Part shown: positions 1 to 9,573 of the stretch, one piece after another | Numbering within the stretch: position 1 is the stretch's first letter | Layout of the letters: the number at the start of each line of letters is the position of its first letter | Assembly (NCBI RefSeq): GCF_032191835.1 | Contig: NC_083223.1 | Coordinates: forward strand, 63,612,001 to 63,676,000 | Source: Heteronotia binoei | Taxonomy: Eukaryota | Length of the DNA: 64,000 bases | Reading direction: 5' to 3' | The notes under the pieces: model-generated | The model's input: only the letters and a program-made list of their open reading frames with translations | What the model was told of the DNA's origin: nothing | Database searches by the model: none | Position numbers and translations under genes: made by a program

Positions 1-2
1 AT

Positions 3-1460
3 CGGCCCCGAGACCGTTCAGCCAGCAGGTCACGATCTCCTCTCGGCAAGGACGAAGGCCGATCGCCTCGTGGAGCCCCGTCCCACGTCCCATGGGACCA
101 GAGGCAATGGCAGTATTTGTATGGGGCTTACCCAGTACAACCTCATTACCCATGGCTGCCGCCGCGACAACCCGAATGGGACCAAGCTTCTGAGACATCT
201 TACCGGTCCCGCACGTCTTTTCGCACGGTGAAGACGGCCCCGTCGGCGTCGGTGTCGAAACCCCTAGAACCACGCACGAAGGAGCACGACTTCGCCCCAC
301 CGTTAAAGCCGAGGTCGACCCCGACAGCCCCAGCATCCCCATTGAAGCCGGTGCAGCCATCGGACTTGTCCGACTCCCCGGACGAGTCTCCCAGGTCGCC
401 GGGGGGTTCGTCTCCTGACGGAGGACCTTCGTCGCCGGACGAGCCATCGCCACCGGGAAAGACCTCGGACGAACAGCCGATCTCGCCATCGGAGGACCTC
501 AAGTCCTACGGCGACTTAGTAAAGCGGATGGCTCAAACCCTCTCGCTCCCGACGGTCCAGCCACAACCGGTCGTTACCGATACGGTTTTCGACATCGTGC
601 AACAGGACACTTCCACCGCTGTGGCACTGCCTCTGACCAATGTTATGTTGCAGACTGCCAAGTCCTCATGGGACAAGCCGGCGTCCACGCCTGTGTCCTC
701 TCGCAGGCTGGACCATATGTACAGGATCCAGGAGTCATCAGCAGAGTTCCTGTACGTGCACCCGAGACCGAACTCAGTGGTAGTGTCCTCTTCGTCAAAG
801 GCGAAGAAGACCCATTCCACGCCCCCCGATAAGGAGGGTAGGAAACTGGATGCAATAGGAAGACGGCTTTACACCACAGGCTCACTGGGAGTCAAAGTTG
901 CAAACTACACAGCCTGTATGGGCAGATATCAATATGCCCTATGGGACCAGGTCTCCACCATTCTTGGTTCCATCCCGGAGCAGGCGAAGACCTCACTGAG
1001 AAAGCTGCAAAAGGAGGGCATGGCCCTCGCAAAACAACAGCTGAACTCAGCAAAACACTCGGGGGACACGTGCGCCAAAACATTGACCACTGCTATCGCC
1101 CTCCGCAGACATTCCTGGCTCCGTTCCACGGCACTGCAACACGACACGCAGGCCTATGTGGAGGATCTACCGTTCGATGGCTCGGGATTGTTTAGCTCAA
1201 ACACGGACTCGGTCTTGCAAGAGTTAGACAAAAGTATAAAGACATCTCGGAACCTGGGAGTAACAAGCCCCCGCACTCCAGCCAAGAGACAGTGGCCAAA
1301 GACGTGGCACAAGAAGCCCTACTCAAAGTCGCCAGAGCGGCAATGGCGCTCCAAGCAGCCAGCTTTTCCGCGGCCCCAGTACCAGCAGAAACCTAAGTAC
1401 TCGCCACCCTCTACCCAGGTACCCAGGCAGAAGGGTTCCAAACAAAAGCAGGGCCTTTGA
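3..1460 (+). CDS. DIRS1 ORF1 (gag-like, LAP2alpha-like C-terminal domain), start upstream of window
   Basis: Frame of ORF 117..1460 is open back to position 3; Pro/Ser-rich N-part then HPRPNSVVV...KLDAIGRRLY...AIALRRHSWL...VEDLPFDG..LF, typical of vertebrate DIRS1 ORF1. Confidence 0.9.
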   Translation, partial: RPRDRSASRSRSPLGKDEGRSPRGAPSHVPWDQRQWQYLYGAYPVQPHYPWLPPRQPEWDQASETSYRSRTSFRTVKTAPSASVSKPLEPRTKEHDFAPPLKPRSTPTAPASPLKPVQPSDLSDSPDESPRSPGGSSPDGGPSSPDEPSPPGKTSDEQPISPSEDLKSYGDLVKRMAQTLSLPTVQPQPVVTDTVFDIVQQDTSTAVALPLTNVMLQTAKSSWDKPASTPVSSRRLDHMYRIQESSAEFLYVHPRPNSVVVSSSSKAKKTHSTPPDKEGRKLDAIGRRLYTTGSLGVKVANYTACMGRYQYALWDQVSTILGSIPEQAKTSLRKLQKEGMALAKQQLNSAKHSGDTCAKTLTTAIALRRHSWLRSTALQHDTQAYVEDLPFDGSGLFSSNTDSVLQELDKSIKTSRNLGVTSPRTPAKRQWPKTWHKKPYSKSPERQWRSKQPAFPRPQYQQKPKYSPPSTQVPRQKGSKQKQGL

Positions 1461-1485
1461 CTGCCTCCCGCCCCTGTATGGCCCT

Positions 1486-3348
1486 GTGGACTTGCACAGT
1501 ATCCGGTTGGCACGTTTCCTCCCTGCCTGGGCCCGCATCACGTCGGACCGCTGGGTGCTGTCAATTATTCAACAGGGCTATGGGATAGAGTTTACCAACC
1601 CCCCACCCACCCCGACTTTCGTTTACACCCCTCCTTCGCAAACCCTCCGGGAAGAAGTATGCTCCCTCCTCGACAAGGCCGCGATCGAGAGGGTCCCTAC
1701 GCACCAGCTCCGGCGTGGCTTCTACTCCCGATATTTTGCAGTCCCGAAACGGGACGGGGGCCTTCGGCCAATTATGGACCTACGGGCCTTGAACCGATTC
1801 GTAAGATGCGACAAGTTCAGGATGACAACCCTGCAGTATATCCTCCCGCTGCTGGGACAAGGGGACTGGATGGCCACGCTCGATCTAAAGGACGCATATT
1901 TTCATATATCGATTCATCCCTTCCACAGACAGTTCCTCCGCTTCACAATTGGAGAGGAGCACTTCCAATACAGGGCTCTTCCCTTTGGGCTATGCACGGC
2001 CCCTCGGGTGTTCACCAAGGCGATGGTGGTGATTGCCGCTCACTTGAGACAGCAAGGGGTAACACTCTTCCCGTACATCGACGATTGGCTCCTGGTGGCG
2101 GAGTCCAGGGAGTCCTTGCTGCGGCACATAGAAATCACCCTTGCCCTGGTGGAAGAACTGGGACTCCAAATAAACCAGAAGAAGTCCCATCTCCAGCCCG
2201 CGCAACGCGTGCAATTCATAGGGGCGATATTGGATTCAAGGGAGTGCAAGGCATTCCTCCCTCCAGACCGCGCGAATGCCATCGTGCGAACAGTAGCGGC
2301 TTTCCGGCAGAATCCCGTGGTCTCAGCACGGAAGGTCCAGAGACTGTTAGGACTTATGGCAGCCACCACGGCGGTGCTCCCCTTCGCAAGGCTGAGAATG
2401 CGGACTCTACAGCTTTGGTTCTTGAGGAGCTTCAAATGCAACCTGGAGCCGTACTCCAGACTCCTAACGGTACCGCCGGAGGTGCTGGAGTCCCTAAGCT
2501 GGTGGGGTCAGAAACAGTACCTAGTGGAGGGAGCCCCCTTCCACAAACCAGTACCAGTGCTAACGATCATAACGGACGCATCCCTATGGGGTTGGGGTGC
2601 CCACATGGGAGGAATATGTGTGGGGGACAGGTGGCCGAGTCGCTACAGTCAACAGCACATCAACCTGCTGGAGCTCCTGGCCATCTTCCACGCCATCTTC
2701 TCCTTCCAGACTCTTCTGAAGGGAAAAGCAGTAGCGGTGTTGACCGACAACACCACAGCGGTGGCGTACGTCAACAGGCAAGGGGGGACGGTGTCCCGCA
2801 ACCTTTGCAAATTGGCCATCTCGCTGTGGGAGCTGTGCAGATCGCTGGGGGTCTCCCTACAGGCAGCCCACCTGCCGGGAGTGAACAATGTGCAGGCAGA
2901 TTTCCTCAGTCGCGGAGGAGCCCTGTCTCACGAGTGGGAACTGAACTCAGAGTTCCTGGATCCGGTCTTCCGCAGCTGGGGGACACCGGAGCTGGACGTG
3001 TTTGCTACGAGGCACAATGCGAAGTGCGACCTGTTTTGCTGCAGAGGGGGAGCGGACCCCTTGGCCCTTGGGGACGGTCTCCTAATCCCCTGGACCCACC
3101 ATACAGTGTATCTGTTCCCGCCCATCCCATTGCTAACCAAGGTCGTGCAGAAACTTCTACGGGAGCGCCCACAGGGGATCTTGGTGACGCCATGGTGGCC
3201 GAGACAACACTGGTTCCCCTTGGTCCTACGACTGGCCAAGGGGAGGTATTACCGATTCCCACAGGCCCCGGACCTTCTCCTCTCCTACCAGGGCAGGATC
3301 CTCCATCACGATGTGCCGCACCTCAGGCTGACGGCATGGCGCCTGTGA
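1486..3348 (+). CDS. DIRS1 ORF2: reverse transcriptase - RNase H - methyltransferase-like domain
   Basis: Uninterrupted 620 aa; LDLKDAYFHI, LPFGL, YIDD (2074-2085), RNase H TDAS/ELLAI/TDN/ADFLSR, C-terminal DVFAT...YLFPP. Confidence 0.95.
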   Translation: MDLHSIRLARFLPAWARITSDRWVLSIIQQGYGIEFTNPPPTPTFVYTPPSQTLREEVCSLLDKAAIERVPTHQLRRGFYSRYFAVPKRDGGLRPIMDLRALNRFVRCDKFRMTTLQYILPLLGQGDWMATLDLKDAYFHISIHPFHRQFLRFTIGEEHFQYRALPFGLCTAPRVFTKAMVVIAAHLRQQGVTLFPYIDDWLLVAESRESLLRHIEITLALVEELGLQINQKKSHLQPAQRVQFIGAILDSRECKAFLPPDRANAIVRTVAAFRQNPVVSARKVQRLLGLMAATTAVLPFARLRMRTLQLWFLRSFKCNLEPYSRLLTVPPEVLESLSWWGQKQYLVEGAPFHKPVPVLTIITDASLWGWGAHMGGICVGDRWPSRYSQQHINLLELLAIFHAIFSFQTLLKGKAVAVLTDNTTAVAYVNRQGGTVSRNLCKLAISLWELCRSLGVSLQAAHLPGVNNVQADFLSRGGALSHEWELNSEFLDPVFRSWGTPELDVFATRHNAKCDLFCCRGGADPLALGDGLLIPWTHHTVYLFPPIPLLTKVVQKLLRERPQGILVTPWWPRQHWFPLVLRLAKGRYYRFPQAPDLLLSYQGRILHHDVPHLRLTAWRL

Positions 3349-4356
3349 TTTCGGACAGGGCGCAGTTTGTCATAATGAACGCGCGGAAGGCATCTACGAG
3401 GAAGTCATACGCAGCTAAGTGGGCGAAGTTTGCGGAGTTCGCGGCCAGTCGCTCCGTACCTCCCAGTAGAGCGGGACTGCCCGTGATTTTTGATTTCCTG
3501 ATTGTGCTGCTGGACAAGGGCCTCGCCCAATCGTCCGTGCGGGTTTACCTGGCGGCCATTTCGGCACAACATCAGAATATAGAGGGCCGGTCGGTTTTCA
3601 CGCATCCGGACACAAAGCGGTTCCTCAAGGGCATGACGAGACTGTACCCGGCAGTTCGGAACCCTGCCCCAGCCTGGGACTTGCCCCTGGTCCTGAGGGC
3701 ACTAACGGGAAGACCTTTTGAGCCTATGGCCTCCTGCTCTCCTCACCTATTGGCCTGGAAAACAGCCTTTTTGGTGGCCATCACCTCGGCGAGGAGGGTG
3801 GGGGAGCTGGCGGCGCTGCGATGCCCCCTACCTTAATTTCTCAGCGGATGGGGTGATGCTCCGCCCTGACGTTAAGTTCCTACCGAAGGTGGTATCCCCG
3901 TTTCACCTGAATTCGGAAATATTTCTGCCGGTTTATTTCCCGTTGCCGGCTAATGACTCAGAACGGCGCCTTCACGCCCTGGATGTTAAACGGGCGCTAT
4001 CTTTCTATCTTCACCGCACAAGTCAGTCGCGGAGAGACCCCAGACTGTTTGTATCGTACGCTGGACCCTCCACGGGCCTGCGGATCTCCTCGCAGCGCTT
4101 GTCCAAATGGATTACGGGGGCGATCCGCCTGTGCTACATGCTCCACAAGAGGCCGCTGCCCGGCCCTCTACGGGCTCATTCCACGCGAGCTATGGCAGCA
4201 TCGGCTGCGTTCATGAAGGGAGTGGCCCTGCAGGACATCTGTAAAGCTGCCACATGGGCATCAGCTCACACCTTCGTGACACACTACGCGCTGGACCTGG
4301 GGCAGAGACGAGCTTCCGCTGTGGGCCACGCTGTGTTGCAGTCCGTCTCCTCGTGA
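1659..4356 (+). pseudogene. DIRS1 ORF3 tyrosine recombinase, one frameshift near 3815
   Basis: ORF 1659..3836 ends TSARRVGELAALRCPLP*; ORF 3718..4356 continues CDAPYLNF...FLPKVVS...HSTR (4177-4188)...THY (Tyr 4285-4287); catalytic R, HxxR and Y all present. Confidence 0.9.
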
Positions 4357-4399
4357 TGGACCGTCGCACCCGCCTCCAGGTAGGCTTGAGCTTGCTAGT

Positions 4400-4495
4400 C
4401 TCCCATCAGTGTGATGCACAGAGACCACGAAGAAGATAAACAGGTTTCCTACCTGTAACTGATGATCTTCGAGTGGTCATCTGTGCAGTCACACT
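4400..4495 (+). repeat. DIRS1 internal complementary region (ICR)
   Basis: 4438-4495 is the exact reverse complement of 4699-4756 (58 bp); 4400-4437 resembles 4691-4727 and should pair with the left terminus. Confidence 0.9.
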
Positions 4496-4756
4496 ACCCG
4501 CCCGACCTTCCCCGCTGCTGACGGTCCCTCCTGAGGGGCTAACGTGGCGGTCAGAAGGAACTGGCGGGATGTCCGCTCCTGTCCCAGTGAGCATGCGCGG
4601 GGGGGGGGGGCCCGGGCATGCGCACTGGGACGTCGGCGCGGAAATCCGCAGCTTTTGAAGTTTACCGATCGAGATCGGCGCTGGCGCCTACTCCCATCAG
4701 TGTGACTGCACAGATGACCACTCGAAGATCATCAGTTACAGGTAGGAAACCTGTTT
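4496..4756 (+). repeat. DIRS1 right inverted terminal repeat with 3' extension (inner boundary approximate)
   Basis: GC-rich segment after the ICR, ending in the 58 bp complementary to the ICR. Confidence 0.75.
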
Positions 4757-5111
4757 TTTGCAAGGTTTTTTTAAAAACATATAAAATATTTATATATTAT
4801 TCTGGTCTCTAGTTTCCTGGGAAAGTGTCATGGGTGGTTCTATAAGAGTTGTTCTGTGGTTTCTATTCATAACTATGGTTGCCCATGTATATACACTGTA
4901 CACCTGAGTCTTATAAAAGTTTTCCCCTCTGTCATAAACTACATTTAATATAGAACATGTCATGACATGTTATCTTCTAAATAGTCTACAAGAAGAATAG
5001 CAAAATGGAAGTGATTTTATAATATTAAATATTTTATAAAAGTTGTCATGAACAGGGATGACTTCCCATGATGTTTATACCTCAACAGACACAAAGGAAA
5101 ACTTTTAAGAC

Positions 5112-5258
5112 AAGGCCTCAGATTCAGTGGGAGCTCACAGGAGCACAGCTTCTGAACTTTTCTGAGAGTTCCACCTCCTTGTCCATTGAATAGTATGTGC
5201 AGCTGCATAATAATCCCTGGATGAGCTCCACCACCTATTTTTCTACAAAATGACCCTC
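5112..5258. mobile_element. hAT MITE, short member of the CAGGGGTCATTTTG/CAGGCCTCA family
   Basis: 8-bp TSD TTTAAGAC on both sides; reverse-complement homology to 54294-54462. Confidence 0.8.
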
Positions 5259-5789
5259 TTTAAGACCATCAGTACTCATAGGATTTGAAAATCAGGTGTA
5301 CATTACTTGCTCAAGAATAATATTTTGCATTTATGTACCATTTACAGATGTTAAAAATATTTCATGTACATCTCATTATAATCATAACCCAGTAAAGGTT
5401 AGTATTACCATTCCTGTACTGCAGACAGCAGACTTAGAGAAAATAGCTTGCTTACAGCTACATGGTGGATTGAGTTTGTAACAGAAAAGATTTACCTCAA
5501 GGACTTCTTGGTTCATAGCTCTCCATCATTATGGTGGTATAACAGGTGTGTCCTAAAGAGGCAGGCCCTTTAACAGGATGTTAACATTTCTTAATGCCTG
5601 CATACTTTCTCATCGGGGTTCCACTTATCAGAGGCACTGCTGTGTGCTGGCAGAAGGGTCTCTCTGGGGGTAACAGGTGTGCTGTCCTAAGGAAGTGCCA
5701 CTTCCATTTCTGTCAGCAAATATATATGCCTCCACTGTTCCCTCCTCCAAATGGAACCAACCTAGGTAAGTGCTGCCTCAGGAACGTCT

Positions 5790-6100
5790 TGTTTACAAGG
5801 AGGCAAAGTCAGCCAGCTTTTGAATACTTAAAATCCAGTGTGAATGGGCAAGATGGGTCTTTCTACAAACCTGTTCGTAAAAAAAATGTGAAATCTCAGT
5901 TTGCGGAAAAATGTGAAAAAATTTTTTAGCCATTGGGAGGGTTTTTAAAAGCCAAAAATGATTAAAACTGCCTGTTGCTTTCAGCAACTGGTTCCTTCAG
6001 TGGCTGTTGCTAGGTAACCACATCATTCCAGGCTAGGTTTATGTGAGGAAAAAGGCAGGGAAGGGGGCAGAACCCTTTCCAGGCCTACTTTGGCATCTGG
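5790..6100. repeat. Unclassified interspersed repeat, second copy at about 52880-53160
   Basis: Shared blocks atacttaaa(a)tccagtgt, tctttctacaaac, tcagtggctgttgctagg in both places. Confidence 0.55.
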
Positions 6101-6503
6101 CATGATAACTCATCAGGGCTAGGGTTTCCAGCTCCATATTGGGAAATGTCTGGAGATTTTGTAGTGGAGTCTGAGGAGGTCAGGATTTGGAGATAGGAAA
6201 AGCCTCAGTCAGATATGCCATAGTTTACTCTTCCTCCAGGCAGATACATCACTGTGTCAGGTATAAATCACACCTCTGTGTCCCACCTGAAGCTTGGAAA
6301 CCGGAGGTCTGGAAGGAACCTCTGGTGACCTGATTCCACCCAGCCTGCATGACTCAACTAGGCCCAGCTGCCTGCTACTGATCAGTAGCAGCTATCCTAT
6401 ACAAGCCAGTGTGGTGTTGCAGTTTGATATTAGGTGATCTTGGACCAGTCACATACTTCCATACAGAGTTGATGTGTGAAGAAGAGTAGAAGTTGCTTTG
6501 GGC

Positions 6504-7044
6504 TAGGGATACCAGCCTCCAGGTGGGTACCTGGGGATCCCCAGGAATTAGTTTATCTCCAGACTACAGATATAAGAACATAAGAGAAGCCATGTTGGAT
6601 CAGGCCAATTGCCCATCCAGTCCAACACTGTCACACAGTGGCCACAAGAAAAACAACCAAGTGCCATCAGGAGGTCCACAAGTGGGGCTAGAAGTCCTTC
6701 CACTGTGCCCCCCCCCCAAAGCACCAAGAATACAGAGCATCACTGCCCCAGACAGTTCCAACAATATGCTATGGCTAATAGCCACTGATGGACCTCTGCT
6801 CCGTATGTTTATCCAATCCCCTCTTGAAGCTGGCTATGCTTGTAGCCACAACCACCTCCTGTGGCAGTGAATTCCACATGTGAATCACCCTTTGGGTGAA
6901 GAATTACTTCCTTTTATCCATTCTAATCAGTTCTGGAGAAAATGGATGCTTTGGAGGGGAGGACTCTATGGCAGTGTACCCCACAGAGGTCTCTGGCTCT
7001 CCCCAAATCTCCAGGAGTTTTTCAACCTGGAGCTGGTGACCCTA
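6504..7044. mobile_element. hAT-Blackjack-like MITE (TAGGGTTGCCA-type TIR) interrupted by a CR1 fragment
   Basis: Degenerate TIRs tagggatacca / tggtgacccta; internal ctggagaaaatgg..gctttggagg..ggactctatggc motif shared with other copies. Confidence 0.65.
6571..6926 (-). mobile_element. CR1 LINE 3' fragment
   Basis: Minus strand encodes FFTQRVIHMWNSLPQEVV...FKRGLDK (CR1 ORF2 C-terminus) and ends in a TCTTATGTTCTTAT-type tail. Confidence 0.85.
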
Positions 7045-8229
7045 CCCCCCTCCATCTATGGGGAAAGGTGAAGTGGGCAGGAAGTAAATAAAAATAAATA
7101 ATAGGTGAAGATGGGAGACAGAGAAAAGGTAGGTTGATAAACGGCAAGGAGAGAATGAGGCAGGGAAAGGGGAGAGGATACAGAGCTTGCCAGGCAGGAA
7201 GAGGAAATAGTGTGGGGAGGGTGACAGAAGAAAGTGAGGTCCCACCCAAGTCCTTGATTTCCACTATGCAAGATGGCCTGACCAAGTCGCTAGCACCACA
7301 CACCTGGGCTGCAGTTTCCCTGGTTGGGGGGGGAGGGGATGAGATGCAATCAGTAAGAGGTGTTATTGTTTTGGTTAGGCACTGAGAAAAACAACTTAGC
7401 AATAAGCACAAGAAAAAAATTAACACCCCACCCCTGGCCGTTCACATAAACGACTGCATCTGTACCACCCCATTAACTGCACTGCAGTGGTTTCTCAGCT
7501 CTCTTGAAAAGCATTCTGAGGGGAAATAAACCAAAAGAGAGACCTCTTACTGATTGCATTACAACTATATCGTATTTTATCTATACCATAGTGTTATTGT
7601 TTTGGTTAGGCACAAGAAAAAAATTAGTCCTACTTAAATTCTACGGTAACAAGAAACTAATGATTTGTAATTCAGGAAGCCTTCAAACCTAAAAACTGAT
7701 TGCATTACATCATATTTTATCTATACCACTCATCTGCAGGTATAAAAACCTAGGCAACATAAATGGCATTTTTGATAGCTATAAGTGAAGAACAACTTTA
7801 AACACCTGCAATAAGAAAGTTTGTTTCTAAGAGCTCTAATAAATAAAACACAATACACTGTTCTTACAACAGAGCAGTGATGAGTTATTACAAGTGTTAA
7901 CTATTTTAGTGTAACTAGTGAATTATCTCTTTTTTTGTTGTTAGATTTTGAATCTTGCCCAAATTCTATTTCGCCCTTTGACACCCCACCCCTGGTCGTT
8001 CACATAAATGACTGGATATGAGAATCCACTCACTGCATCTGTACCAGCCCATGGAAAGGCTATGCTGCAGTACAGCCTTGTCTGTCTCTTTACTGCCCCA
8101 AGCCTGCGGTTTATTTTTAATGAGGGTGAGGAGGCCTCTGAGCATGCGAGAGAGTATCTTTCCCCCCCCCCTCGACTCCTTGCCTTATGTCTCTTGGGCC
8201 ACGCAGGGTTCATTACTAGTCAGCGGTGA

Positions 8230-8720
8230 GTTCGGGCACTTTTGTTTTTGCCCCCTGGACAGCTCGAGCACGCAGCGATGACTGGGGCGGGGAGGGCTGC
8301 TTCCCTTCTTTGGCAGCGAGCGACGCGGGTGTCAATCCAGGAGCGGCGCTGTCGCCGCAGCCGGAGGGAACTCTTCCTGGGCCAGTCGCAAAGGCAGCCG
8401 GCCGCCTCTCTCCCCTCGCGCGCCAGGCCCGCTATGGCCCAGGCCAAGATCAGCAGCAGTCTGAGGAGCAGCAGTGGCGGCGAAGCAGCCCAGCAAGCGG
8501 GCGGTGGGCAGATCCGAGGCCGCTTTTCCCGTTCCACTTCCATGGCGGACCGCTCCAGCCGCCTGCTGGAAAGCCTGGACCAGCTGGAACGAAGGTAAGC
8601 TCGGCCGGGTGTGTTGGGGGGGGGGGGGGGGAGGGGGGTTTAGAGACAATGGCTTTTGTCGTGGGGAGGCCGGGGAGCAGCTGCGCTCGGATGAGACGCG
8701 GCTCAACTGCAAGGCTTTTG
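8230..8720 (+). promoter_or_regulatory. BAG2: CpG island / promoter of BAG2
   Basis: Dense CpG, GC-rich region spanning exon 1. Confidence 0.85.
8434..8594 (+). CDS. BAG2: BAG2 coding exon 1
   Basis: MAQAKI...GRFSRSTSMADRSSRLLESLDQLE matches BAG2; donor AG|GTAAGC at 8595, 161 nt, phase 2. Confidence 0.97.
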
Positions 8721-9573
8721 GGGTTTTTTAATTTTGAAATCAAAGTTTTCATTTGGAAACAGAAACACGAGGTTTACTGTTTTTCGCAAGGAGAGGGTGC
8801 TCCTTCTATAGCTCCACCATGACAAATATGATTTTTAAAACACCCACAAGTGAATTCATTCAAAGTTTCCCCTACCCTCGGTGGCAGCCGCATGGGTTTC
8901 CCCGGGGTGAGAAGGGGAATGATTTCGCCTGCTTGGAGACAAGCAGCAGCTTGGCAAGAGGAGCTCGCGAATGCTGACCGTCTTAATGATCATCTCAGAG
9001 AAGCTTTGCATTTGCCAAATATTTCTTAATTCCTTTTGGTCATCTGAGCCAAAGCCAATATGTCTTGCTTGCGGGACTTGCCGTATCTCCTGATGGGCTG
9101 TCAGGACCTGACTGGTGAAAAACAAACAACCGTAATTTCACCATCGCCAGAAGAAACAGTTTAGGCCAGTGTTTTGTGGAGGCTCTGGATTGCATCAGAA
9201 GTGTGCGAGCTGAATAAGAACTTATTTTTAAGTTCAAAAGTTTCACTTACGAAGCACGCCTTTCTTAAATTATCCCTTGTCCTTTTCAATCACACTGCTA
9301 TGTTTACACAGAGCAGCTAAAGGAAGACTGTTTTCAGAAGTTGTTAGGAATGATAAATACAGCGATATAAAAATCCAGCCTGAGGCTGGGAAATTTGACT
9401 GGACTGAGCTGGGTGGAGTTTGGAGCACTACCGCAGCGGAGACACTAGTGCCATTTTTTAAAAAACAAGACATTTTGATATTCTAAAACCAATTTGCAGA
9501 GAGAGGCTACCATGCCAAAAATGACAAAGCCTGTTCTGCAATGCAGTGCTAAACAAAGGGATATACTTCTGAA

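Larger units (their letters stand above)
1..4756 (+). mobile_element. DIRS1-type tyrosine-recombinase retrotransposon, 5' part outside window, young
   Basis: gag, RT/RNaseH/MT and YR ORFs in DIRS order with overlap; internal complementary region plus right ITR; CpG-rich and abruptly bounded by AT-rich host DNA at a T-run (4754-4759). Confidence 0.97.

Noticed and set aside
3810-3836. Programmed ribosomal frameshift in the recombinase
   Set aside because: No canonical slippery heptamer, and residues expected from the motif (LR) are physically missing, which favours a deletion
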